DNA of 64,000 nucleotides from a virus (Duplodnaviria; Caudoviricetes): IMG/VR virus record IMGVR_UViG_2891339218_000001, positions 8,933 to 72,932 of that record; one strand, 5' to 3'. Shown piece by piece: positions 54,900 to 64,000 of this stretch (position 1 is its first letter; each line of letters starts with the position of its first letter). The notes under the pieces were generated by a model. It saw only the letters and a program-made list of their open reading frames with translations, ran no database searches and was not told where the DNA came from. The position numbers and the translations under genes were made by a program.

Positions 54900-55901
54900 A
54901 TGTCTCAGGATAACCCGTGGGCTTGGTGGCAGGCCGCGCTCGAAGGCAACGTCGGCCCGATGCACGAAGGCCTGCCCGAACAAGGCTACTACCGTACGCG
55001 CTTCAAGGGCGGCCAGTGGGAGCCGGTAGCGCTGTGGCGTGACGATGACGGATGCTGGCTGGCGCAGCGTGGCGACAGGATGGTCGATCCGGCCGATGCC
55101 TGGAACTTCTGCCGCACGCATCCGGTCACGCATGAAGCATGGAGGAAGGCCATGGACGGCGGCGGCTGGGACGATGAGCCGCCAGCGCCCGCAATGGGGC
55201 ACAACCTGCCGGCCGATCCTTTCGAAGCGCTCAAGCTGGAATATCAGGCCGAAAAGGAACTTGCCGCCGAACTTCTGAAAAAGGAAGTGAAGACGGAAGA
55301 TCAGGCCAGCCAGATCGCAATCCTTTCGAAGAGGGTGGCGTCGGTCGCGAAGAAGGCGACCGACCTTCACAAAGTCGAGAAGCAGCCGCACCTGGATGCC
55401 AGCCGCGCCGTGGACGACAAATACCGCTACCTCAAGGAAGATCCCGCGGACCTGTCAAAGCAGCTCAAGCGCCATCTCGACCCATTTCTCCTTGAGCAGC
55501 AGCGCATCGAGCGCGAACGGCAGGAAGCCGCGCGGCGCGAAGAGGAACGGTTGCGCCGAGAGGCCGAGGAAGCTGCCCGGAAGGCCGCCGAAGCCGATCA
55601 GCAGTCCCAAGCCGAGCGTCAGGCCGCTGTCGACCGCGCCCGTCAGCTTGAGCAGGAAGCCGCAGCCAAGGCGAAGGAAGCCGAGGCGAAGAATGCCAGC
55701 GCCGGCCGCACTGGTGCCCGCGTATCACTCCGCACGTTCGTCGACGCGAAGGTGAATGACTATCAGGCGGCCGCCACAGCGCTCGTGCTGATGAAGCACC
55801 CCGACATTCTCGCCGTCATCGACCAGCTCGCTAAGCGTGCAGTCACGGCTGGCCAGTCTCTTCCGGGCGTCGAACGCGTCGAAACACAGAGGGCCGCATG
55901 A
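54900..55901 (+). CDS. Coiled-coil recombination-module protein (333 aa)
   Basis: MGHN.P, EKQPHL..SRAVD, LPGV..VE; upstream of recT-like gene. Confidence 0.7.
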   Translation: MSQDNPWAWWQAALEGNVGPMHEGLPEQGYYRTRFKGGQWEPVALWRDDDGCWLAQRGDRMVDPADAWNFCRTHPVTHEAWRKAMDGGGWDDEPPAPAMGHNLPADPFEALKLEYQAEKELAAELLKKEVKTEDQASQIAILSKRVASVAKKATDLHKVEKQPHLDASRAVDDKYRYLKEDPADLSKQLKRHLDPFLLEQQRIERERQEAARREEERLRREAEEAARKAAEADQQSQAERQAAVDRARQLEQEAAAKAKEAEAKNASAGRTGARVSLRTFVDAKVNDYQAAATALVLMKHPDILAVIDQLAKRAVTAGQSLPGVERVETQRAA

Positions 55902-56863
55902 TGAACGCTCACGTTCCAGCACTCGCCGGCGGCGGACAGGTCATCGCCATTGTCCCGCAGACCTTCGAAGAAACCATGCGCGTGGCGCGCGCCGTCGTCG
56001 CCTCCGGCCTCGCACCGGCGGCGCTGATCGGTAAGAAGACCGGCGACGATGCGGCGGCCGCCGTTGCCGTCTGCATCATGTCTGGCGCCGAGCTTGGCCT
56101 GAAACCGATGGTAAGCCTTCGCAGCTTCACCGTCATCAATGGCAAGCCCGCACTATACGGTGACGGCCTGATCAACGTCGTCCGCCAGTCGGGCAAGGTC
56201 GCATTCCTGAAAACCGGCTACGAAATGCGCGACGGCCAGATGGTCGGCTACTGCCATGCCAAGCGCAGCGATACCGGCGAGGAAAGCCGCGTCGAATTCA
56301 CCCAAGCGCAGGCTGAACGCGCTGGCCTTTGGGACGATCGGCCAACGATCCGCAAGCAGGTTTGGGAGAACAACCAGAAGGTCTGGAAGGATGGCCAGCC
56401 CAACGATGCGCCGTGGTACAAGTTTCGCGAACGCATGATCGCGTGGCGCGCGGCCGGCTACTGCCTTCGCGAACTGTTCGGCGACGTGCTGGGCGGCATA
56501 CGCGACGAGTTCGAGGCACGCGAAATCGCGGACGCCGACGAAATGCGCGATATCACGCCGGCCGAGCGCCCAGCGCCGCCGAAGCCGCCGGTCCCGCCCG
56601 CTCCGCCGGCAACGAAGACCATCGAGGCCGAACTGCCGGTTGATGAGCAGTCGACCGAATCCGAGTTCGACCTCGGCAGCTTCCTTGAAGAACTCGAGAC
56701 CTCGCTCGCGACCGCGAAGGACTCTGCGTCGGCTGCTGAGATCTGGAACGACTACGACGCGCCGGCCATCCTTGAAAGCAACGGCCACGCCGACATGATC
56801 GATACCGCCTACGCGATGCGCGACAGAGCCTATGCCAAGCTCGAAACGCTGAACGGGGGCTGA
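55898..56863 (+). CDS. RecT-like ssDNA annealing protein
   Basis: GAELGLKPM.SL....VINGKP.LYGD, A..AGLW, PW.K...RM..WRA....LR..F.DVL.G. Confidence 0.85.
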   Translation: MMNAHVPALAGGGQVIAIVPQTFEETMRVARAVVASGLAPAALIGKKTGDDAAAAVAVCIMSGAELGLKPMVSLRSFTVINGKPALYGDGLINVVRQSGKVAFLKTGYEMRDGQMVGYCHAKRSDTGEESRVEFTQAQAERAGLWDDRPTIRKQVWENNQKVWKDGQPNDAPWYKFRERMIAWRAAGYCLRELFGDVLGGIRDEFEAREIADADEMRDITPAERPAPPKPPVPPAPPATKTIEAELPVDEQSTESEFDLGSFLEELETSLATAKDSASAAEIWNDYDAPAILESNGHADMIDTAYAMRDRAYAKLETLNGG

Positions 56864-56865
56864 TC

Positions 56866-57321
56866 ATGGCGAAGCGCACCGAAAAGCCCGTCTATGCCTT
56901 CATCCGTCGCGGCAATTCGCTCGTGCCGGAAATGCAATACGACCTGCAGGCGCTCGACGGCATCGAGAACGGTCAGCGGGTGAAGCTCGAAATCAAGCAG
57001 TGGCGCAACCTTGATCGGCTCAAAGCCTATTGGGCGACCTTGCAGGACTGCATTGACGCCACCGGCTGCGCGCCGAGCAAGGAAGCGCTCGACCAGTATA
57101 TCCGCCCGGCCGTCAACTTCGTCGACACGATCCGGCTTGCGAACGGCTTTCTGGTCGGTGTCCCGCGCGCCATCAACACCCGCGAATGCGAAGAGCCCGA
57201 GATGATCGCCTTTTTCAATGCGGCGACGGAACTGCTCGCGCGCGAGTTCGGCTACGTCCCGCCGACGCCCGAAGAGCGGCGCGGCTTCCATGAGGCTGCG
57301 AACGATAGGAGAGTGGCATGA
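56866..57321 (+). CDS. NinB/DUF1367-like protein
   Basis: RN..RL..YWA.L; P.AI....C...E...FF. Confidence 0.6.
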   Translation: MAKRTEKPVYAFIRRGNSLVPEMQYDLQALDGIENGQRVKLEIKQWRNLDRLKAYWATLQDCIDATGCAPSKEALDQYIRPAVNFVDTIRLANGFLVGVPRAINTRECEEPEMIAFFNAATELLAREFGYVPPTPEERRGFHEAANDRRVA

Positions 57322-57530
57322 AGATGCGCGTCACCTTCGAAGTCGATCAGAACGAACTCTTCGACATGCTCAAGAAGATGAACGGCGACTTTGCGCCGCT
57401 CGGTGGCCGTGTCGTCGGAGAACTGCTGACCAGCGGTACCACCATCCTCGACGCGATCGGCATGGCCGTATACGGCGTCACGGTCGTTTCGAAGCACCCT
57501 GTCACAGATACTGTCGGCGGTGCACCATGA
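57318..57530 (+). CDS. Hypothetical protein (70 aa)
   Basis: AGGAG RBS, ATGA overlap. Confidence 0.6.
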   Translation: MKMRVTFEVDQNELFDMLKKMNGDFAPLGGRVVGELLTSGTTILDAIGMAVYGVTVVSKHPVTDTVGGAP

Positions 57531-57715
57531 CCGAAGAACAGCGCCGCATGCTCGCCGCCATGGTCAAGAAGCACCCCGGCATGCGGGTGTCCTCTCTGAT
57601 GAGGAAGATCGAGGCCCAGATCAAGGTCAACCAGCTTCGTGCCGAGATGGGCTACCGGCCAGAACGGACGGAAGCGCAGAAGGAAATGCTCGCCGGCATC
57701 GGGGAGTGGATGTGA
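57527..57715 (+). CDS. Hypothetical protein (62 aa)
   Basis: ATGA overlap. Confidence 0.55.
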   Translation: MTEEQRRMLAAMVKKHPGMRVSSLMRKIEAQIKVNQLRAEMGYRPERTEAQKEMLAGIGEWM

Positions 57716-58143
57716 TGGCTATGCGCATCAACACCGCGGCATTCCGCACCGACCCCGAGCCGCCCAAGCGCCGGCCGAAGAAGCGCAGCGACTATCTCGC
57801 GTTCCTCCACGAGCTGCCTTGCGTCGTCACGGGCCGGATTGGCGTTCAGGCCGCGCACCTCTCCTACGCCAATATCTTCCACGGTCATTTCGGCCGGGGC
57901 AAGCAGACCAAGGCGCCGGATAGGTTCGCCCTGCCCCTCTGCCCGGAAGAACACACCGCCCAGCACGCGATGAACGAGCGAGCCTACTGGGAGAGCAAGG
58001 GCATCGAACCCCACGCGCTGGCGAACACTCTGTTCGGGCTTTGGAACGACTACGACGAGCCCGAGGCTATCACCTACTGCACCAACCGTATCATGCAGGG
58101 CCTGGCTGTTGCCGGCCGTCTGCCTTCGAGGGATTTGGCATGA
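57715..58143 (+). CDS. DUF968-like HNH-fold protein
   Basis: YLAFLHELPCVVTG...AAHL...KAPD.FALPLC..EH..QH. Confidence 0.8.
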   Translation: MAMRINTAAFRTDPEPPKRRPKKRSDYLAFLHELPCVVTGRIGVQAAHLSYANIFHGHFGRGKQTKAPDRFALPLCPEEHTAQHAMNERAYWESKGIEPHALANTLFGLWNDYDEPEAITYCTNRIMQGLAVAGRLPSRDLA

Positions 58144-58538
58144 CCGACAGCAAGAAGATTGAAGATGGCGGGCCGGCATTTGCACGCGCTGGCGCAGAAC
58201 ATTCGCAAGGTGGAAACTTCGAGCAGGATGGCATGAGCTTGCGTGACTATGCAGCCATCCACGCGGATGTGCCGTGGAATGCCGTGATCGAAACGCTCCG
58301 ACTGATAGGGAACGAGAATCCAACGATTGAGGCAATCGTCGATTACCGCGCCCGCGTCAAATACGCGGAGGCCGACAGCATGATCGCGGCCCGTAGCAGG
58401 CCCAAAGTCTATACCATTGGCGATGCCACTATGGAACGCGTTTTCAAGCCTTCCGGCCTCACGAACGTCTCTGACCTTCAAGCAGTGTTCGACGCGGTCG
58501 AGAAGGCGCTGGCCCCCGGAGGGCGCGACGATGAGTGA
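58140..58538 (+). CDS. Hypothetical phage protein
   Basis: DGGPAF...GMSLRDY...Y.EADSMIAAR. Confidence 0.75.
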   Translation: MTDSKKIEDGGPAFARAGAEHSQGGNFEQDGMSLRDYAAIHADVPWNAVIETLRLIGNENPTIEAIVDYRARVKYAEADSMIAARSRPKVYTIGDATMERVFKPSGLTNVSDLQAVFDAVEKALAPGGRDDE

Positions 58539-59016
58539 TCTCTCCCCCATTCCGGCGGAAACGCCTATCGCAGATCATGTGGAACGAGCGGTTTCCTTGA
58601 TGAAAGACGGCGCTCGCATGACGTTAGACACAATCGACGGTAACTCCGGTTTGCTTTCCGCTTTTGGCGGCGAGGTGTCCAGAGAGATTGCACGGCGTTT
58701 GCCTGCCATGGAAAACGACCGCCTGCTGCCAGACAACGAGGATTACCGCAAAGGCTACTATGCTGGCTATGCGGACGCCTATGGCGACGCAGGCACTCTG
58801 AAAGAGACGATGACAGCGCTCAAAGACGAGGTGGCTATGCTTCGGGAGGCCCTGATGCCTTTTGCGTTTGCCAAGAGCAGTCTCAACTTCGACCGCTTTG
58901 ACGACGGGAACACGGCCTGGGTAGCTGTAGACGGCGCCGGTTCTGATCGCGTCTACTTCTTCGTTGGCGATGTCATCCGTGCCCGCACCGCTCTTACCAC
59001 TACGGAGGGCGTGTAG
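58531..59016 (+). CDS. Hypothetical protein (161 aa)
   Basis: LREAL.PFA...ARTAL segment; operon context. Confidence 0.6.
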   Translation: MSDLSPIPAETPIADHVERAVSLMKDGARMTLDTIDGNSGLLSAFGGEVSREIARRLPAMENDRLLPDNEDYRKGYYAGYADAYGDAGTLKETMTALKDEVAMLREALMPFAFAKSSLNFDRFDDGNTAWVAVDGAGSDRVYFFVGDVIRARTALTTTEGV

Positions 59017-59340
59017 ATGACCGAGCGTTGCAAAGCCAATCCTTGCTGTGGCGAACCCTACGGAAAGTGTGAAATCCCACTCCCGCAGCACCGTTCTGGA
59101 TTGTGGTTCCACAACACCAGTGAGTATCGCGACAACTACGCTGTCGATCAATTCGCTATGGCGATGAAGGTGAAACTCGCTCAGAAGCGCCTTGAGGGGC
59201 GCGGCGGATGGGATCGCGAAGACGAATGCTCAAAGGAGTTCCTGTCGCAGCTTCTTCGCGAGCATATCGAAAAGGGTGACCCGATCGACGTGGCAAACTT
59301 CGCCATGATGCTCCACCAGCGCGGCGGGATAATCTCGTGA
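59017..59340 (+). CDS. Hypothetical phage protein (Ead/Ea22-associated motif)
   Basis: FA.AMK.KL..KR..GRGGW...L.EHIEKGDPIDVANFAMML. Confidence 0.7.
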   Translation: MTERCKANPCCGEPYGKCEIPLPQHRSGLWFHNTSEYRDNYAVDQFAMAMKVKLAQKRLEGRGGWDREDECSKEFLSQLLREHIEKGDPIDVANFAMMLHQRGGIIS

Positions 59341-59564
59341 TGACCGACATCGAAACCTTGCGCAGTCCTCTTGCTCTCGTCGCTCATCGACAAATCCATT
59401 CGGATTGCGGCGGCGCAACTGTGTTCTGCGTCGTCCTCGCGGATGGCTTCATCGTGGATTGCGGGTCTGACGGATATTCGCAGAAGCGCGCGATGATCCT
59501 CGCGGAAGCGGTCAACTCATTTGGCCCGGAGAAATTCCTAATGCGGAAGGCAGGTGAAGCATGA
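59337..59564 (+). CDS. Hypothetical protein (75 aa)
   Basis: Overlapping operon context. Confidence 0.55.
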   Translation: MMTDIETLRSPLALVAHRQIHSDCGGATVFCVVLADGFIVDCGSDGYSQKRAMILAEAVNSFGPEKFLMRKAGEA

Positions 59565-60052
59565 CCTCCCCCTCCTCCCCCGTAGACAGCATAGCTAAGG
59601 CGATGGAAGGCGTGACGCCGTGCGGATACCAGAGCCGCCCTCGCTACGAATATCGTGACGCAACCGTGTCTGGCACGCCTTGGAGGCTTTGCGGACAGGA
59701 AGAGGCGACCGATATGTTCAAGCGCGAACCTCGCTTTGAATATCGTGCGATCTACGACGCCGACACAGTCCTCGATCTCGCCCGCCAGGCAGAGGCGATG
59801 AAGCGGGAGATGGCGAAGAAGGACGCGAGGATCGCGGCGCTGGAGAAGGTGCTGGCCGGCGATCACGAGATCAAGCCGCTCTCCGAAGACCGTCTGGAAG
59901 AAATCCTCGAATTCGAAGAGCGCTTCAAAATGTGCGGTGGTGCCGGCGATACGGCTTCGCTCGACTGGTCAACCCAACGCGCGCTGATCGACGAGGCGGT
60001 ACTGGCCTCCCGCGCCCGCGCCCTTATTGGAGGCGGCAATGCAGAAGACTGA
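59561..60052 (+). CDS. Hypothetical protein (163 aa)
   Basis: ATGA overlap; coiled coil. Confidence 0.6.
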   Translation: MTSPSSPVDSIAKAMEGVTPCGYQSRPRYEYRDATVSGTPWRLCGQEEATDMFKREPRFEYRAIYDADTVLDLARQAEAMKREMAKKDARIAALEKVLAGDHEIKPLSEDRLEEILEFEERFKMCGGAGDTASLDWSTQRALIDEAVLASRARALIGGGNAED

Positions 60053-60701
60053 GCGAGTAACCGACGAGATGGTCGAGGGCGTGCGCATCGAGAGGATACC
60101 GACCCTCGAAGAGGCCATGATAGCAGCCGCTCGCATCGCATCTCGTGGACCGAATGGAGAAATTCCGGTTCTGGTCCTTCGGGCTGAGAATATCCGAGAG
60201 AAGGCCATAGAGGACGTTCTGTCCGCGCTGACTGCTCACGAACTTTACCGCTACAGGCCAAAAGCCTTTCACGGCTTCATCGAATACGCTCGGACAACCT
60301 TGACAAGCGACGAGGAAGCAAGCGTGTGGCGCTCCGCCCTTGTCGATGTCCCGGCGGTAGCGAGCGAGCCGGTGGCGTGGATTTCTGAGCATGAACTGGC
60401 AAAATTGAAGGTGCGTCAGTCGGCTACGGTCATGCCGTCTCAGGATCGCGATGATTTTCAGCGCCCGCTCGTTTTCGGAGACGCCTCTTCACGAGCCCAC
60501 CCTCCCCGCTCTTCGCTCATCCAATCCGAAGAGGGCGAAGAGGTCGGGCAAGCCATGTGTCGCTTGCTCCAGCAGGTAAACCGTGTGCCGACGAAGGATG
60601 TTTCACAGCGGGACCGGGACATCAAGACGCTGATTTCCGCCCTCTCCACCCGTAAAGGCTCAGCCGATGGCTCCGCCAGTGGCACGAAGGGGGTCGAGTG
60701 A
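60039..60701 (+). CDS. Hypothetical protein
   Basis: GGAGG RBS; VTDEMV and EPVAW motifs. Confidence 0.6.
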   Translation: MQKTERVTDEMVEGVRIERIPTLEEAMIAAARIASRGPNGEIPVLVLRAENIREKAIEDVLSALTAHELYRYRPKAFHGFIEYARTTLTSDEEASVWRSALVDVPAVASEPVAWISEHELAKLKVRQSATVMPSQDRDDFQRPLVFGDASSRAHPPRSSLIQSEEGEEVGQAMCRLLQQVNRVPTKDVSQRDRDIKTLISALSTRKGSADGSASGTKGVE

Positions 60702-61591
60702 TGGAGCCACGACGCCTTCTCATCAGCTTTTCCGGCGGCGAGACCTCGGCGCTGATGACCAAACTCATCCATGAGCGTTGGAGCAACCAGTACGACGAGA
60801 TCGTCACCGTCTTCGCCAACACCGGCTTGGAAAACGAAGAGACGCTATCCTTCGTTCAGCAATGCGACAGTGCCTGGGGATGGAATGTTATCTGGGTGGA
60901 AGCCGTCACGGATCCGCGCCACGGGAAGGGTGTGACGGCCCGCGTCGTCAACTTCGATACTGCCTGCCGGGATGGGTCGGTCTTCGAGGCAATGATCGCG
61001 AAGCACGGCATTCCTGGTCCCGGCTTCATCCACTGCACCCGCGAACTCAAAGAGCGGGCAATTACCGCCTATGTCCGCACTCTTGGATGGTCGGCCGGGA
61101 GCTATGACACGGCGATTGGCATTCGGTCTGATGAAGGGGATCGAATGAACCCGAGCGCACGCGCCAAGCGTATCGTTTACCCTATGGTTGCCCCGTGGCC
61201 GCACCGCAAGGCCGATGTGAACGGCGCTTGGGATCGGCAATCATTCAGGCTCAAGCTCAAGGGCTACCAGGGCAATTGCCGCACGTGCTGGAAAAAGTCG
61301 CTGCGCAAGCACCTGACCATCATGGCGGAGACCCCAGACGCTTACGATTTCTTCGAGCGCATGGAGGCTACCTATCCGATGGCAGGCGCCAATCCGCGCA
61401 ACGAGCCAAAACGGTTCTTCCGCGACCGCCTGACCGTTGCCGATATTCGCCGGCTTGCCGCCGAAGGCAACTTCGAGCCGGCTGAAGACGACGCGCGTGT
61501 CTACCAGATCGACCTTTTCCATGGCCTTGAACTCGACGTTGGGGGCGGGTGCGAGGAAAGCTGCGAGGTGACCTTCGATGATGCTGCCTGA
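60698..61591 (+). CDS. PAPS-reductase-family (PP-loop) protein
   Basis: ISFSGGETS, FANTGLE.EETL.F, CTRELK, IGIRSDE, GNC..CWKKS. Confidence 0.88.
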   Translation: MMEPRRLLISFSGGETSALMTKLIHERWSNQYDEIVTVFANTGLENEETLSFVQQCDSAWGWNVIWVEAVTDPRHGKGVTARVVNFDTACRDGSVFEAMIAKHGIPGPGFIHCTRELKERAITAYVRTLGWSAGSYDTAIGIRSDEGDRMNPSARAKRIVYPMVAPWPHRKADVNGAWDRQSFRLKLKGYQGNCRTCWKKSLRKHLTIMAETPDAYDFFERMEATYPMAGANPRNEPKRFFRDRLTVADIRRLAAEGNFEPAEDDARVYQIDLFHGLELDVGGGCEESCEVTFDDAA

Positions 61592-61940
61592 CCTCAGAAC
61601 TGCGCGTACCGTTCGCGTCGATATCTTCATTGCTGGCGACCACCAGCAAGCTAAGCAGGTCTGCCGGGAATGGTGCATGGAGAACGGCGCCTGCGTCACC
61701 GTCGAGCCGGTAGATTACATCTACACGGGCGGCGAGGAGGCCGGCGTGCGTGTCGGCTTCATCAACTATCCGCGCTTCCCGGCCAGCGAGGCATACATCA
61801 CGGGCCGCGCCGAGAACCTCGCCGCGCGCCTGATGCTCCGGCTCTGCCAGCATTCCTATTCGATCGTCGGCCCGGAAGAGACCACCTGGTACTCACGGCG
61901 GCCCGAGGACGCCCTCAGTGCTTCCGGAGGCGGAGAATGA
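61578..61940 (+). CDS. Hypothetical phage protein (120 aa)
   Basis: CVTVEP..YIYTGGEE.G..VG.INYPRFP. Confidence 0.75.
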   Translation: MMLPDLRTARTVRVDIFIAGDHQQAKQVCREWCMENGACVTVEPVDYIYTGGEEAGVRVGFINYPRFPASEAYITGRAENLAARLMLRLCQHSYSIVGPEETTWYSRRPEDALSASGGGE

Positions 61941-62479
61941 AAACTCATGTCCTCAAATGCTGGACCGAGCAGTTCCGTGACGTCCAGGATAAGCGGAAGA
62001 CCTTCGAGTTTCGCCGGAATGATCGGAACTTTGCCGTTGGTGACGTTCTTGATCTTCGCGATTTCTCGCCGGAAACGCAGCTATTCAGCGGCTCCAGCGA
62101 GCTACGCCGCATCACGCACATCCTGTCGGCGGGCTTCGGTTTGCCGGAAGGCTATGCCGTATTGAGCCTTGAGCCGGTGGAATGCTGCGGCAGGCCTGCC
62201 CATGACGGCGATCCCTGCGGCTACATTCTCGAATGCTGCGAGCGATACCGCGCGCCGATGGGGGACGGCACCCTGCTCGACGCCATCCAGCACGAAAGCT
62301 GGGACTTGCGCTGCTTCAACATCCCGACCGGCGGCGACGATTGCGACATCGGCTGGAGCGTGATCGGGCATTGGCAGGCCGAACCGCACGAGCGCGTCAT
62401 CGCCGAGATCTATCACGACGACCCGCGCGCGGCGATCCGAGCCGCCATAGCTGCGTCTGGAAACGGGGGCGGCGAATGA
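61937..62479 (+). CDS. ASCH/DUF3850-domain protein
   Basis: THVLKCW...F..V...RKTFEFRRNDRNFAVGD.L.L. Confidence 0.8.
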   Translation: MKTHVLKCWTEQFRDVQDKRKTFEFRRNDRNFAVGDVLDLRDFSPETQLFSGSSELRRITHILSAGFGLPEGYAVLSLEPVECCGRPAHDGDPCGYILECCERYRAPMGDGTLLDAIQHESWDLRCFNIPTGGDDCDIGWSVIGHWQAEPHERVIAEIYHDDPRAAIRAAIAASGNGGGE

Positions 62480-63744
62480 TCCCGTCCGCCTACTACAACG
62501 AGATCAACCCGTACGCCGCGCAGTGGCTGCGAAACCTTATTGCCGCCGGCCATATCGCGCCCGGTGACGTTGACGAACGGAGCATCGTGGATGTCCAGCC
62601 CGACGACCTCATCGGCTATACGCAATGCCATTTTTTCGCAGGCATCGGAGGATGGAGCCTCGCTGCAAGACTGGCAGGATGGCCCGACGACAGACCTCTT
62701 TGGACTGGTTCCTGCCCCTGCCAGCCGTTCTCTGTCGCAGGCAAGGGCGAAGGCAAGGAAGACGAACGCCACCTCTGGCCGGTCTTCTTTTCACTCATCC
62801 GTGCCAGAACGCCCGCTGTCGTCATGGGAGAGCAGGTTGCGGCTGCGGTTGGAAAGGATTGGCTCGACGGAGTGCATTCTGACCTGGAAGGAATCGACTA
62901 CACCTGCGGGGCGGCCGTTGTCCCGGCTTGTGCCGTCGATGCGCCCCATAGAAGAGATCGACTTTGGTTTGTGGCCGACGCCACACACCAGCGCCTCAAC
63001 CGGGGCGGGCCGGCAGGGCCGGGCCGGAGGAATGAACATTCAAACCGCAGTGGCGTCGATGTGGCCGACCCCCACATTGCCGAGCGGCGGGCAAACCGTA
63101 CCGCATGGAACGTCGATGACGGGCAAGAAACCGGATGGGACCAAGGCGCAAGTTACGCTGCGGCTGGTAGCCGATGGCTTGTCGGACCAGACGGCAAAGC
63201 CAGGCGCTTTGAACCCGGAATTCGTCTGCTGGCTCATGGGGTTCCCGCCCGAGTGGGAAAGCTGCGCGCCTACGGCAATGCCATCGTCCCGCAAGTCGCG
63301 GCCGAAGTGATCGGCGCATATCTCGACACGATCGACGAGCGGGATTGCCCGGCCTGCGGCGGCACTGGCCGCATGGGTCCGTTCTTCCCCGGCGGTCTCT
63401 CGACCGTCTGCGGCAACTGCACCCCCATAACTGCAACTGGAGCCTCTGCCCTCCGCAATATGGGAGGCGGCGACAAACCGGATGGCCGTGATAACGTATC
63501 GGGGCAACCGCACGGAGATAGCCATGACAGTGCATTTCAACCCGCCGAGCGAACCGTCCAAGAACCCGCTACAGATGGCGATCGAAGCTCTGAAGGCGCA
63601 GGGCAAGCACGTCGCTCCAGCGGACATTCCCGGCCTCTTCTGGGTGAACGGGCAAGAGCTGACGATCAATCAGGTGATTCAGGTTTCGGGGATCCGCTGA
63701 CCGCCGGCCGCGACGCTCTGGAGAAGGAGCGCGGCGATGGGTGA
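62476..63744 (+). CDS. C5 cytosine DNA methyltransferase, main (alpha) polypeptide
   Basis: FFAGIGG (I), GSCPCQPFS (IV), GEQV (VI), PHRRDRLWFVA (VIII), LRAYGNAIVPQV (X). Confidence 0.92.
   Translation: MIPSAYYNEINPYAAQWLRNLIAAGHIAPGDVDERSIVDVQPDDLIGYTQCHFFAGIGGWSLAARLAGWPDDRPLWTGSCPCQPFSVAGKGEGKEDERHLWPVFFSLIRARTPAVVMGEQVAAAVGKDWLDGVHSDLEGIDYTCGAAVVPACAVDAPHRRDRLWFVADATHQRLNRGGPAGPGRRNEHSNRSGVDVADPHIAERRANRTAWNVDDGQETGWDQGASYAAAGSRWLVGPDGKARRFEPGIRLLAHGVPARVGKLRAYGNAIVPQVAAEVIGAYLDTIDERDCPACGGTGRMGPFFPGGLSTVCGNCTPITATGASALRNMGGGDKPDGRDNVSGQPHGDSHDSAFQPAERTVQEPATDGDRSSEGAGQARRSSGHSRPLLGERARADDQSGDSGFGDPLTAGRDALEKERGDG
62540..63310 (+). CDS. Overlapping alternative-frame ORF supplying motif IX (beta polypeptide); true start uncertain
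   Basis: 256 open codons inside the MTase gene; WPTP x2 and LNPEFVCWLMGFPPEW. Confidence 0.65.
   Translation: MPPAISRPVTLTNGASWMSSPTTSSAIRNAIFSQASEDGASLQDWQDGPTTDLFGLVPAPASRSLSQARAKARKTNATSGRSSFHSSVPERPLSSWESRLRLRLERIGSTECILTWKESTTPAGRPLSRLVPSMRPIEEIDFGLWPTPHTSASTGAGRQGRAGGMNIQTAVASMWPTPTLPSGGQTVPHGTSMTGKKPDGTKAQVTLRLVADGLSDQTAKPGALNPEFVCWLMGFPPEWESCAPTAMPSSRKSRPK
63524..63700 (+). CDS. Small protein nested in the MTase 3' extension (58 aa)
   Basis: GGAGA RBS; MTVHFNPP...IPGLFWVNGQELTINQV. Confidence 0.45.
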   Translation: MTVHFNPPSEPSKNPLQMAIEALKAQGKHVAPADIPGLFWVNGQELTINQVIQVSGIR

Positions 63745-64000
63745 AGCCACGATGCCATATTGGCCGGCGGCGATGGACCTGAAAACAGCCGCTGCATATT
63801 GCGGCTGCTGCCCTGAGACGTTCAAGAAGGTGTGCCCGGTCAAGCCTCTCCGCTACACAGAATCCACAAGGGGGGAGCGATATCTTCGCCAGCGCCTTGA
63901 CGAATGGCTGTCTTCCATCGACCCTAACAGACAAAGCGCTCCGAAAAGACGACTGGTGGATTATCTGAATGGTGGTGAAGGTGAAGCTCGCCGGGCTTAA
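63737..64000 (+). CDS. Excisionase-like protein (helper)
   Basis: WPAAM...TAAAYCG...F...C...YLR.RLDEW; end of early left operon. Confidence 0.7.
   Translation: MGEATMPYWPAAMDLKTAAAYCGCCPETFKKVCPVKPLRYTESTRGERYLRQRLDEWLSSIDPNRQSAPKRRLVDYLNGGEGEARRA

Larger units (their letters stand above)
1..64000. mobile_element. Siphovirus-type temperate helper prophage (both ends outside window), interrupted at 4949-23628 by a nested element
   Basis: Continuous lambdoid gene order: tail-head-terminase-late control-replication-cro | cI-early left operon-xis; no host housekeeping genes. Confidence 0.95.

Noticed and set aside
1-64000. Lysis cassette and helper integrase/att sites
   Set aside because: Not found in the window; presumably beyond the left and right edges, so helper completeness cannot be judged

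Overview
The whole window is prophage DNA, probably from a Rhizobiaceae-type alphaproteobacterium (GcrA- and GapR-like genes, GAAC-N7-GAAC LexA boxes, an RTX protein). It contains two nested elements. (1) A lambdoid-organised siphovirus helper prophage that runs off both ends. Its tail, head, packaging, late-control, replication and cro genes are on the minus strand; cI, bstA, recombination, DNA-modification and xis genes are on the plus strand. (2) An 18,670-bp satellite-like element (4949-23628, bounded by the direct repeat ACCGGTCGAA, with its own tyrosine integrase and arm-type repeats) inserted inside the helper's central tail-tip gene. Removing it rejoins the two halves exactly in frame (...KSAFDR|YNHMSGQF..., 1430 aa). 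The insert encodes an HK97-type head, cos-type packaging, neck, tail tube, tape measure and distal-tail protein. It has no tail-tip, receptor-binding, lysis or recognisable repressor gene. The only virion parts with strong similarity to the helper are the tape-measure C-terminus and the distal-tail protein (about 65% identical by hand alignment). I infer a tail-tip-pirating satellite whose excision is required to restore the gene it needs, probably controlled by a C4/CI-like antisense RNA. The helper also carries a portal fused to an Acb1-like 2H phosphoesterase, a BstA-like defence gene, a two-frame (EcoHK31I-like) C5 methyltransferase, an RTX moron, a Cas2/VapD-like moron and an atypical tRNA(CAT). 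Family assignments come from motif recognition and synteny only; no database searches were run.
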